29,193 bases of DNA from a virus (IMGVR_UViG_3300035532_000265:1-29193); one strand, 5' to 3'. Counted from the stretch's first letter, positions 16,972 to 25,656 are shown. Translations and numbers: made by a program. The notes: generated by a model not told the origin, from the sequence alone.

Positions 16972-18124
16972 GATCAAGTTCTCCCTTGAGCGCCTCTCTA
17001 TACCGCTCGCTCACCTGTTCCCATGCAAAGAGGGAGTTGCCGAAATGGCCGTAGCAGGAGGTAAGGTTGTATATGGGACTGCGCAGCCCCAACTCCTCGA
17101 TGATGTCCTTCGGCTTGAGGCTGAAGATTGTGCGAACCACCTCGGCGAGCTTTTCATCGTCCACCTTGCCGGTAGCGAAAGTGTGTACATTTACCGCGAC
17201 AGGTTCGGCCTTTCCGATTGCATACGAGATTGCTACCCCGCAGCGTTTGGCAAGGCCGGCTGAGACGATGTTCTTGGCGATCATGCGTGCCATGTAGGCT
17301 CCGCTCCTGTCCACCTTGGTCGCATCCTTTCCGCTGAAAGCACCGCCTCCGTGGAGTGCCAGACCTCCGTAGGTGTCCACCATGATCTTGCGACCTGTCA
17401 GGCCGGTGTCGGCACCAGGTCCGCCCTCAACGAAACGGCCGGATGGGTTGATGAGGATACGGGTGTGTGCATCGATGGGGAAGTGAATGAAGGCAGGCTC
17501 GAGCACCTTTTCGATGAGCTCGCCCTTGAGGGTGTCCAGATTCTTGTCACGCTCGTGCTGGACCGAGACGATGACGGCGGCAACCCTGACGGGAATGCCC
17601 TCATCGTACTCCACTGAAACCTGGGCCTTGCCGTCGCTGCGGATACCCATGATGGTTCCGTTCTTCCTGCACTTGTCCAGGATGCTGCAGATGCGGTGGG
17701 AGAGTTCAAGAGGCAAGGGGATGCAGGTGGGTGTCTCGTCGGTTGCATATCCGTACACCGTGCCCTGGTCCCCGGCTCCCAATTCATCCACCTTACCCTC
17801 GGCATCCCTGATCTCCAGGGCGGTATCGACGCCACCTGCAATATCCGAACTCTGGTTGTGGAGGAACACGCTGATGGTGAATTCCTTGGGGTTGTAGCCA
17901 CACTCTGCAAGGGCGGTCCGTACGGTTTGGCGTATGTTGACCTTGGTACGGCTGGTGATCTCTCCGGCGACGATGATCCGGCCCTTGGTCGCCATGACCT
18001 CGCAGGCCACGCGCGAATATGCATCGCTGCTTAGGCAGGCATCGAGTATCGAGTCGGCGATGTAGTCGCACAGCTTGTCGGGATGTCCCTGGCAGACACT
18101 CTCGGATGTGAGGTGGTTTTTCAT
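16961..18124 (-). CDS. metK: Methionine adenosyltransferase (SAM synthetase)
   Basis: SESVCQGHPDK, GAGDQG, DGKAQV, GGPGADTGLTGRKI, GGGAFSGKD..KVDRS and YGHFG all intact. Confidence 0.97.
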   Translation of the reverse strand: MKNHLTSESVCQGHPDKLCDYIADSILDACLSSDAYSRVACEVMATKGRIIVAGEITSRTKVNIRQTVRTALAECGYNPKEFTISVFLHNQSSDIAGGVDTALEIRDAEGKVDELGAGDQGTVYGYATDETPTCIPLPLELSHRICSILDKCRKNGTIMGIRSDGKAQVSVEYDEGIPVRVAAVIVSVQHERDKNLDTLKGELIEKVLEPAFIHFPIDAHTRILINPSGRFVEGGPGADTGLTGRKIMVDTYGGLALHGGGAFSGKDATKVDRSGAYMARMIAKNIVSAGLAKRCGVAISYAIGKAEPVAVNVHTFATGKVDDEKLAEVVRTIFSLKPKDIIEELGLRSPIYNLTSCYGHFGNSLFAWEQVSERYREALKGELDHDH

Positions 18125-18152
18125 GTTTGAATTCCTTTGATTGTTTGATTTC

Positions 18153-18692
18153 CTAGCGGCTGCGCCTGGAAGTGAGCAGCCGTTCCATCAGGTCGTCCTG
18201 AGGATTTGCTCCTTGGTAGGAGGTGGCATTGTTCTCCTTCACGATCTGGAAGATCTGATACCAGATCTGGTTCACCTGTTTCATGTATTCACGGCTCATC
18301 GCCACGTACGGAGAAGCGATCGCAGCACCGGTGGTCGGGTGCTTTGCGAGGAAGCCGTACTCGCTGACTGCCATCTCGCACTGGATCCATCGCGCCACTG
18401 CCATTGCGTACTGGTGTATGATCTGGCTGCTGACTAAATTCTCACAGCGTCTGGTCTTGAGCCAATCCCATGTCTCCTGGAAGACCTCCGCAGCATCAAG
18501 CTCGATGCCACTCTTCTGGGTGACCGTCATGTAATATTTGACCTCAGGCATGTCCGCGCCTTCGAGCTCGGGAGCCTCGGGCAATTGCACCACGCTGGCC
18601 GCTCTGCCTTCGTGGATTTTCTCTGAAAGAGCCTTGGGTTTCCTCCCTGCACCGACGCGGGCACCGCCACGGTTGGTACCGTCTTTTGCCAT
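18153..18692 (-). CDS. terS: Terminase small subunit (P27-like)
   Basis: MAKDGTNRGGARVGAGRKPK start, QYAMAVARWIQCE, HPTTGAAIASPYV, DDLMERLL; follows HNH and the putative cos region. Confidence 0.88.
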   Translation of the reverse strand: MAKDGTNRGGARVGAGRKPKALSEKIHEGRAASVVQLPEAPELEGADMPEVKYYMTVTQKSGIELDAAEVFQETWDWLKTRRCENLVSSQIIHQYAMAVARWIQCEMAVSEYGFLAKHPTTGAAIASPYVAMSREYMKQVNQIWYQIFQIVKENNATSYQGANPQDDLMERLLTSRRSR

Positions 18693-18827
18693 GTCGCACC
18701 GCCTTCGTATGATGAGGGGGTCAATCCCCCGTTTGAATTCCAATTTTTTCGCGTGATTGCCCCTGCCCGTTGTACACCACATATGGTGTAGAGATTCAGG
18801 CACCCCTAGGGTTGGCGCTACTAATAG
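18693..18827. other. Putative cos / packaging initiation region
   Basis: HNH-terS intergenic region with CCCTAGGG palindrome (18804-18811), TACACCA-N4-TGGTGTA inverted repeat (18773-18790) and G-rich boxes. This is the usual cos position in HK97-like phages. Confidence 0.5.
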
Positions 18828-19190
18828 TTACCTTTTAACGTTCCATCGGTCTCTCTGGCGCCCGTGGAGGGCTGAGTGGCACCTGTTGCATAGTGCCATG
18901 AGGTTCTCCTCGTCATCCGTACCACCATATCTAGTGGCAGTGATATGATGGGCAACCGTCGCTTGTGTAAGTCGTCCCTGCCTCCGACACAGCTCGCAGA
19001 AGGGATGCCCTTCAAGGAATATTTTCCGAGCCTTCCTCCAAGAGGATCCGTAGTGCTTGTGGGTGCCGGGATCTCGTTGGTTGCGTTCGTAGGTGCTCGC
19101 AGCCTCTTTCGCATGCTCCTCACAATACCGACCTTCGGTCAGCCTCGGGCATCCCGGATGGCTGCACGGTCGCTTGGGCTTGTAAGGCAT
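18828..19190 (-). CDS. HNH endonuclease (terminase-associated, gp74-like)
   Basis: CSHPGC...YCEEH, HPFCELC, VAHHI...GG...NLMALCNRCHSALH. Confidence 0.93.
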   Translation of the reverse strand: MPYKPKRPCSHPGCPRLTEGRYCEEHAKEAASTYERNQRDPGTHKHYGSSWRKARKIFLEGHPFCELCRRQGRLTQATVAHHITATRYGGTDDEENLMALCNRCHSALHGRQRDRWNVKR

Positions 19191-19203
19191 AGAGAGTACT
19201 CCT
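19159..19203 (-). repeat. Direct repeat copy A (RBS plus first 10 codons of HNH)
   Basis: 40/45 identical to 19859-19903, exactly 700 bp away. Confidence 0.9.
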
Positions 19204-19220
19204 GTGGAAATGAAAATTTC

Positions 19221-19727
19221 TTATTGGTTAGGGATAATGGATAATACTGGGATATTCACAGCAATGTATGCGATGAGGAGTATCGCAAGGATGATTTTTT
19301 CTGATGCGATGAACCTTACTGGCTTCCAAAATTCCTTGCTGATCAGATATCTGTGTCGAAACAAACCGTATAACAACAGTAGCACGACTCCCGCTAACAG
19401 GAGGGACATCTGGAGGATCAAGAAACCCTCATAAAACAAGCCCGTGAATTCCGAGAGCATCTTGACCATGATGAAGATCAATATCCATGAACCGTAGGAA
19501 TTCAGTTCATTATCTCGTTGAGAGCGGTGTATGCTCTTTGAGAGAATCAGGAAGGCAGCAAGGGTAAGGATGTTGATAACGAGTATGCGTATGCTCAGGA
19601 GAAAAGTCTTCCCTGCCTCGACTCCTCTCAACACAGGAATAACTAGTGGAATGTTGTTATAAAGGACCACATTGAGTACTAAAAGAATAATAGATAGAAC
19701 GCTAGCTCCGACAGCAAGTTTTCTCAT
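19221..19727 (-). CDS. Polytopic membrane protein (moron, about 5 TM)
   Basis: 168 aa, hydrophobic, lower GC than the flanks, strong RBS AGGGAGG. Confidence 0.8.
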   Translation of the reverse strand: MRKLAVGASVLSIILLVLNVVLYNNIPLVIPVLRGVEAGKTFLLSIRILVINILTLAAFLILSKSIHRSQRDNELNSYGSWILIFIMVKMLSEFTGLFYEGFLILQMSLLLAGVVLLLLYGLFRHRYLISKEFWKPVRFIASEKIILAILLIAYIAVNIPVLSIIPNQ

Positions 19728-19848
19728 GATTCCTCCCTAATCTCACGTGTACGGAATTCGAACAAATTCTCCGACACACCATCATACAGAATCTTCGTGC
19801 TGATAGTTCAAACGCAAAAGTACTCAAGAATATGTTTTCGGGCAATTC

Positions 19849-19903
19849 TTAACTCCACTGGCTGCACGGTCGCTTGGGCTTGTAGGGCATGAGGGGTACT
19901 CCT
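19849..19903 (-). pseudogene. Direct repeat copy B: truncated HNH start (MPYKPKRPCSQWS*)
   Basis: RBS AAGGAG, ATG 19890, same first 10 residues as HNH, TAA at 19849. Confidence 0.8.
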
Positions 19904-19909
19904 TCTGGC

Positions 19910-19940
19910 AAAAAGAAAGCCCGGGAGGAATTCCCGAGCT
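19910..19940 (-). terminator. Intrinsic terminator-like hairpin in the late-operon leader
   Basis: Minus strand AGCTCGGGA-ATTCC-TCCCGGGCT-TTCTTTTT. Confidence 0.6.
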
Positions 19941-20159
19941 CTCGATTGGACTTGTCTGAGTGTACAGTAGCGTGGAACGCGAACTGAGCACAACTGTTAT
20001 TTTCTGATAATTTAACGATTGGGTTTCATGCATATCGTGAACATTCCAGCGCAGTTCATGCACCCTGTGATAAAGGCACAGCACCTTGTTCGCTTAGTCC
20101 CCACAATGGAATCAATCTTGTGGTTGAGTCTTCTCCTTGTTTTGTGTGGTTTAGACTGT

Positions 20160-20560
20160 GAACGTAACGTAAAAGGCCTCCCCAGCGGTACCCTCGGGCG
20201 TTACCTGCCAAGAAGAGCCCTTGTGGCGTGACGATCCGAATGGCGTGCCGAACCACAGGCAAAACCGGAGAGGCTCCGCCACCGGGGCTCAAACCGCCCA
20301 AAAACCTAAAAAGGTAACGTAAAACTGGTGCTACGCTACCACTACGTTACCCTATCCATGTGTTATCATTGAAAGCAATTAGAAAGAAGAAAACTCTAGG
20401 TAACGTAAGTAACGTAAAATTGATAAGCTCGTATAGGGAAAAAAAGAAAGTATACTCCCACCCGCCATTTTTCACCTGTGGCGTGGCGTGTGGCACCCTC
20501 ATGTTTTTTTTTCTCCTATAGCATGGGTATATGTGAAAAAACCGCGTTACTGCGTTACCC
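20160..20560. repeat. GTAACG(T/C)A iteron-like array in both orientations (second, foreign origin-like region)
   Basis: GTAACGTAA at 20164, 20314, 20400, 20409; inverted copies at about 20198, 20331 (1 mismatch), 20342, 20543, 20551; A/T tracts between them. Confidence 0.7.
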
Positions 20561-20710
20561 TACCTGTTGGAGGGCGAAGAAACTCTCACCCGACTCAAGA
20601 AATTCCGAGCAATCATCCTCAACATCACCCAGCTCGATATTGGCACACACCACGCGGGTGTTCACGTCGTTTACCCTTTTCTGCAGCTGATAAGTGCTTT
20701 TTGAAGCGAA
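20555..20710 (-). pseudogene. Startless 3' fragment resembling the C-terminus of a mobile-element helicase (DUF927/Cch-like)
   Basis: KSTYQLQKRVNDVNTRVVCANIELGDVEDDCSEFLESGESFFALQQVG*, with its stop inside the first iteron. Family assignment is by resemblance only. Confidence 0.35.
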
Positions 20711-20809
20711 GGAATACGCTCTCCATCTGATTGAATGACTGCATGGATTGTGTAGTGTGATGGGGTGCGAGCCTCCATTGTGGATTATTGAATCTCATAG
20801 GAGAATCCA

Positions 20810-21220
20810 TCAGGATCCAGGAACCCTCACCAATGCCAACGCCTTCCGATGCAGGTGGTAGATGTAGTCCTGGCTATAATTCAGTTGGGATGCAATTTGG
20901 TCCCAGCCCAGGAAGGTGAGGTACCGCATCTCCAGCAGAGTCTCACACTCCATGCTGTTGACACTTCGGATCGCATCAGCGATCTCAGCCTTGAGCCGCA
21001 TCAACTGAGTGATACTGGTGTTGATCTCTGTCTCCAGTTCCACGATGCGCACCACGGCCTCCTCCACAGGAGAGCGCCGGATCGATGGGGCCTTGGGGAC
21101 CTCGGTGAGTTTGGGGGAGACGTAGACGGCATGGCTTTTGAGCCAATCGAGCTGGCGTTCCTTGGTCTTGATGCGTTTGTCCAGATACCATGCCTGCGAC
21201 AGATATTCCTTTGTTTTCAT
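20810..21220 (-). CDS. DUF1492 / RinA-ArpU-like late transcriptional regulator
   Basis: MKTKEYLSQA start; LLEMRYL..LGWDQIASQLNYS..IYHLHRKAL sigma-region-4-like HTH; last early gene before HNH. Confidence 0.85.
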   Translation of the reverse strand: MKTKEYLSQAWYLDKRIKTKERQLDWLKSHAVYVSPKLTEVPKAPSIRRSPVEEAVVRIVELETEINTSITQLMRLKAEIADAIRSVNSMECETLLEMRYLTFLGWDQIASQLNYSQDYIYHLHRKALALVRVPGS

Positions 21221-21438
21221 GCTCTTGCCTCCTGTAGGTGAATCTTGGTGAAGTCGGGGTTGATGTCGCACAGGAAATCAAACCACTCACTCTCGAAAAA
21301 CCGCTCGATCTCATCCTTGTCTGCCCATGCGTATAGGTAATCGGGGTTGTCTTCCAGCTGGGACATCGCCTTGTGCCAGTCGGTGACTGCACGTTCCACG
21401 ATGGCCGCTGCCAGATGTCTCATACTTGCCTCGGTCAT
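21217..21438 (-). CDS. Hypothetical phage protein
   Basis: 73 aa, LAAAIVERAVTDW...EIERFFESEWF, 4-bp overlaps with both neighbours. Confidence 0.75.
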   Translation of the reverse strand: MTEASMRHLAAAIVERAVTDWHKAMSQLEDNPDYLYAWADKDEIERFFESEWFDFLCDINPDFTKIHLQEARA

Positions 21439-22808
21439 CGGCTACCCCCTGTAAGTTCGGCCTTCACCGCTTCGATCAACGCATCCTGAGTTTGTGCCTT
21501 ACCCGAAAGGACTTTCATGATGCGCTCATCAATGGTCTTCTCGGTGATGATGTGCTGAACCACCACAGTCTCGGACTGCTGCCCCTGACGCCACAGGCGG
21601 GCCACCGTCTGCTGGTACAGCTCAAGACTCCACGTGAGGCTGAACCAGATCAGGCAGTTGCCACCACTTTGGAGGTTCAGCCCGTGCCCAGCCGATGCAG
21701 GGTGGAGCAACCCGACCGGCAGGTTCCCTTGGTTCCACATCCGGATGCTTTCGCTCGAGTCCAGATTCGAGAATGAAACCCCTAGCTTTTCCAGCCTCCC
21801 TGTAATGCGTTTGAGGTCATGCTTGAACCAATAGACCACCAGCACACTTTGCCCGTTGGCTGACTCGATGAGGTCCTCAAGCGCATCGAGCTTGCGATCA
21901 TGGATGCCGATCGTCGCCCCATCGTCGGTGTACGCAGCCCCATTTGCCAGTTGCAGCAGTTTGCCCGACAGGCTTGCTGCATTGGCAGCCGTCACTTGTC
22001 CGCCCGAGGAATCCAGGACCAGATCATTCCTTAGTCTCTCATAGACCATCCGTTCCTCATCACTGAGGGTAACCTTATACTCATTGGTCATGAGCTCGGG
22101 CATCCTGATATGGTCCTGAGCCTTCATAGAGATCGTGATGTCTTCGATTGCCTGGTAGATCCTTTCCTCCGCACCGGGGGCGGGTTTATAGCTGAACACG
22201 ATCTGTCCATTGCGTTTGTCTGGGGAGAAGTACGCATCACGGTAAGCTCCGATGAACCTTCCCAGTCTCACTCCATTGTCCAGCAGCTTGAACTGGGCCC
22301 ACAGGTCGATCAGGCCGTTGCTGGCCGGGGTTCCTGTGAGCCCTACGATGCGCTTTACCACGGGACGGCGCTTCATCAGAGCCCTGAAGCGCTTGGAGCG
22401 GTGGTTCTTGAACGACGAGAGTTCGTCGACGACGACCATGTCGAAGTCGAAGGGCAGGGTAGTCTCCTCAATCAGCCACTGAACGTTCTCGCGGTTGATG
22501 ATGTACAGGTCAGCCTTGCGCTCCAAAGCAGTAAGGCGCTCGGCGGTACTTCCCACGGCCACTGACGGAATCAAATCCCCAAGGTGATCCCACTTGCCGA
22601 TTTCCGTAGGCCAGGTATCCCGTGCAACCCGAAGGGGCGCGATGATCAGTATTTTGCGTACCAGAAACGAATCGAAGAGGAGGTTGGAAAGGGCCGTCAG
22701 GGTGATGACCGTTTTGCCAAGTCCCATCTGCAGCAAAATCACTGCTACGGGGTGTTGCTCAATAAAGTCGCTTGCATACTGTTGGTAGTCATGCGGTGTA
22801 TATGTCAT
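21435..22808 (-). CDS. SNF2-family (SF2) helicase
   Basis: PHDYQ, MGLGKT, VVVDELS, GLTGTP, SAGHGLNLQ, QTVARLWRQGQ motifs. Confidence 0.93.
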   Translation of the reverse strand: MTYTPHDYQQYASDFIEQHPVAVILLQMGLGKTVITLTALSNLLFDSFLVRKILIIAPLRVARDTWPTEIGKWDHLGDLIPSVAVGSTAERLTALERKADLYIINRENVQWLIEETTLPFDFDMVVVDELSSFKNHRSKRFRALMKRRPVVKRIVGLTGTPASNGLIDLWAQFKLLDNGVRLGRFIGAYRDAYFSPDKRNGQIVFSYKPAPGAEERIYQAIEDITISMKAQDHIRMPELMTNEYKVTLSDEERMVYERLRNDLVLDSSGGQVTAANAASLSGKLLQLANGAAYTDDGATIGIHDRKLDALEDLIESANGQSVLVVYWFKHDLKRITGRLEKLGVSFSNLDSSESIRMWNQGNLPVGLLHPASAGHGLNLQSGGNCLIWFSLTWSLELYQQTVARLWRQGQQSETVVVQHIITEKTIDERIMKVLSGKAQTQDALIEAVKAELTGGSR

Positions 22809-23070
22809 TGATGATCTCCTCTATCTGCTCTTTTGCATCCAGCACGTATGCCTTGAATCCCAGGGCCCTCAACATTTCATGCCTTACCCGTTGGAGTGCC
22901 CTCATCTTTTTGCCTGGGGCCTTCACTTCCACAAAACCGCACCGTCCGCCCGGCAGCAGCACCAATCGGTCCGGCATCCCATCGAAGCCCGGGCTTATGA
23001 ATTTCACAGCCCGGCCTCCCATCTTTTTCACAGCCTTAAGCAGCTGCAACTCGATCTCTTTCTCAAGCAT
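22789..23070 (-). CDS. VRR-NUC domain nuclease
   Basis: EKEIE, GMPDRLVL, FVEVKAPG, LQ motifs; ATG 23070. Confidence 0.92.
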   Translation of the reverse strand: MLEKEIELQLLKAVKKMGGRAVKFISPGFDGMPDRLVLLPGGRCGFVEVKAPGKKMRALQRVRHEMLRALGFKAYVLDAKEQIEEIINDIYTA

Positions 23071-23084
23071 TCCAAATCTCCCTA

Positions 23085-23377
23085 TGGAACGACGGAACGA
23101 CCGGAACAAGAATTCCTATATATTTATACGCGTGCGTATAGGCGTCTCCATGTTTCCCATTCCCTCTGTTCTTCCTCAAAAAGTCTTTTTGGTATATTCT
23201 TGTTCCATCGTTCCAAAACCTTGAAAACCTGCATTCTAGAATGGTATTTCGTCGTTTTCTTGTGGAACGAGCTCTGGAACAAGCTTGGAACGAGCTGATT
23301 CTTGTTCCACATCCTGTAGAACGAAGGCTCGCTGCTTGCCGTAGATCGGGAAGTACCTTGTTCCATTCTTCGTTCCA
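23085..23377. repeat. Iteron array YGGAACRA x11, probable phage replication origin
   Basis: Forward copies at 23085, 23093, 23102, 23263, 23275, 23286; inverted at 23200, 23208, 23302, 23358, 23370; palindrome TATACGC-GT-GCGTATA at 23125-23140. Confidence 0.75.
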
Positions 23378-25656
23378 CAATATTTGGTCCAACCTCCGAT
23401 TTTCTGCATGATGGCAGTGATACCATATGAGTCGTTCTTGCTGATCGTAGAGGGGTCCTTTGCATAGCACTCGCACCAGATTTCCATGTTGCATACAGCC
23501 GTTCGTCTGACAGTTCCCTTCGCCACCATGCCGCTGCCCCTCTCTGAGAAATATGCGCGTCGTTCGTACATGTCCATCGCATCCCAGTTCTCAGGCAGCA
23601 AGGTGTCGAGATACTTTCTGACAAGACCTTCGCGGTCATCAGTTTCCATGGCTTGAGTCTGGACATCTTCTGCCTCATACAGAAGATCACCTTCGAGGTA
23701 CAGCCTTTCCCCTGCTTCCCAGATGGCTTTGGCCTCCGCCCAGAATTGTGATCGGAATTCCTCGGTGCATCGCCAGGTCATCTTATGACGCGGCTGGTTG
23801 GATTTGACGATCCAGTATCGTCGGTTCCCGGTGACATCCCGAAGGTATCCATGTTCCCCGTTGACCGTCGCGATGATCACACATTGGCGGGGATGGCTTT
23901 CGACCGTCCTGCCATAACTTGGACGATATTGATCGTCCGAGGTTGAGAAGAATGCCTTGACCTTCTCAATGTCGGCCTTCTTCATTCCTGCAAGCTCGCC
24001 TATCTCCACAATCCAGAAACCCTGCAACTTCTCAGCAGCCGACTTGTCATTCACATCGGTCAGAGAGAGGGACTCTGAGTAGTAATCGCTACCTACCAGA
24101 TCCTTCACGATCGTACTCTTACCGATTCCCTGTTCGCCATCGAGCACGAGAACGCTGTCGAATTTGATTCCGGGGTGGTAGACGCGGGCCACCGCTGCAG
24201 CAAAGGTTTTTCGGGTTATCGCCCGCGTGTATGGAGTGTTGTCGGCTTTCAGAAAACGAATGAACAGTTCTTCGACCCGTGAAATACCATCCCATGGCGG
24301 CAAGCAATCTAAGTAATTACGGATGGGGTGGAACCGACGGTCATCTGCGACCTTGGTGAAAGCAACATCATGGTTGCGACCAGAGAACGCGAGATAGCGT
24401 GAATCGATGAGGGATTTCAATTGGGCTGTATCGGCATCGCGCCAGAAGTGGTTTCCCACCGGTCTTCCCCAAGGCATCTTGGAGGTGACTTGGATGCGTC
24501 CCGCCATTTCGTTGAAAGCGAAGCCGACGAAGTCAGGATCGTTGTTGAGGATCAGGTTGAGGTTCCATACGCTGTTCTCCAACAGGCTGCTTCGGGGCAT
24601 GTACCGCAGTTGTTTTTCCCAATCCCCCTCGGGTGCAAAGTCGGCATCAGCCTCCGCACGGCGCTCCTGGGTAATCAGCAACTTAACCCTTTCATCCTTG
24701 CTGGCATGCTCGGCCATTGCGTTAAACGATTTTTTCGGATCGTCATCCCCAAAGCGATGGATCCTCACCAGATCAAACGCATTGAGGAGTTTGCCTGAGG
24801 CGGGGTCGGTAGCATGATGTGAGTAGGCGAATTTTTCATCATAGATCACCACACCGGCACTTGAGTCAGCAGGAATGTAGTCATATCGGCCAGGGGTAAT
24901 TGAGGGTTCATAGATATCTGAAAGAAATTGTTCAATTGCTCCCTGGATGGTGTATGTCCGACAAAAAGCTCCAATCACCCCCGGTTTTTTCAGAGGGTCT
25001 TCTGCATTTCTTCCCGTGGCATTATGCACTGTACTTTCCCGGCTGGAAGTAGGCAGAAGTGAGCAGTCGTTCCAATGCGGGTGGTACGCAAGGTAAGTAT
25101 CTGGATCAAGCCATTGCCCATCGGTCTTAAGGAAAATGAATTCCCCGTTTGATGGGGTGGTTGGCCAATACATCAATTGGTGCGGACGATAGGAACATTC
25201 ATCGAATTGGTCGATTCCAAGACTATCGGTGAAGTAGCGTGCGATCGCGATATACTCATCGGGTGTGGCATCACGGACCATCGGTACGATAATCCGTGCT
25301 CGAGGAGCTTCATGGGTATGCCCGTGCGTGGTATAAAGGCACGCAGCGTATGGGCAAGAGGTCTTGAATGAGGAGATCAGTTCTTGTGTTGCGTGGTCGG
25401 CATCGAGAGTGAGCATGGAGCGGCTTGCTACGGTTTCCCGCTTTCTGCGGTTATCCCTTAGCTGTCCCCCGACGAATCCACCTTTGTCCTTGATGCGGTC
25501 GCGCTCTGCTTTCAACAGCTTTGGGTATTCCTCCACTGATTCTGTGGTGCGTATGGTTTCAGACAATCGCATGCAGAGTTCATCGAATGTCGTGGTCTTG
25601 TTTGTCCAGGTTTTCGCATAACAGCTGTTGCCATAGGCTATGGGTAGGTTACGCAT
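23236..25656 (-). CDS. Primase/helicase with virulence-associated protein E (VapE) P-loop domain
   Basis: N-terminal GGFVGG, LTLDAD, YTTHGH..PRAR (prim-pol-like); Walker A GEQGIGKST, WIVEIGEL, YRPSYGR, TGNRRYW. ATG 25656 with RBS AAGGAG. Confidence 0.9.
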   Translation of the reverse strand: MRNLPIAYGNSCYAKTWTNKTTTFDELCMRLSETIRTTESVEEYPKLLKAERDRIKDKGGFVGGQLRDNRRKRETVASRSMLTLDADHATQELISSFKTSCPYAACLYTTHGHTHEAPRARIIVPMVRDATPDEYIAIARYFTDSLGIDQFDECSYRPHQLMYWPTTPSNGEFIFLKTDGQWLDPDTYLAYHPHWNDCSLLPTSSRESTVHNATGRNAEDPLKKPGVIGAFCRTYTIQGAIEQFLSDIYEPSITPGRYDYIPADSSAGVVIYDEKFAYSHHATDPASGKLLNAFDLVRIHRFGDDDPKKSFNAMAEHASKDERVKLLITQERRAEADADFAPEGDWEKQLRYMPRSSLLENSVWNLNLILNNDPDFVGFAFNEMAGRIQVTSKMPWGRPVGNHFWRDADTAQLKSLIDSRYLAFSGRNHDVAFTKVADDRRFHPIRNYLDCLPPWDGISRVEELFIRFLKADNTPYTRAITRKTFAAAVARVYHPGIKFDSVLVLDGEQGIGKSTIVKDLVGSDYYSESLSLTDVNDKSAAEKLQGFWIVEIGELAGMKKADIEKVKAFFSTSDDQYRPSYGRTVESHPRQCVIIATVNGEHGYLRDVTGNRRYWIVKSNQPRHKMTWRCTEEFRSQFWAEAKAIWEAGERLYLEGDLLYEAEDVQTQAMETDDREGLVRKYLDTLLPENWDAMDMYERRAYFSERGSGMVAKGTVRRTAVCNMEIWCECYAKDPSTISKNDSYGITAIMQKIGGWTKYCGTKNGTRYFPIYGKQRAFVLQDVEQESARSKLVPELVPQENDEIPF

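Noticed and set aside
19808-20810. Small ORF-track entries between the moron and the late regulator
   Set aside because: Mutually overlapping, no convincing RBS or motif; the region is better explained as leader, iteron array and gene stump.
20160-23377. Short repeat arrays as CRISPR or DGR repeats
   Set aside because: Units are 8-9 bp, irregularly spaced and in both orientations; no cas or reverse transcriptase gene and no adenine-specific repeat pair.
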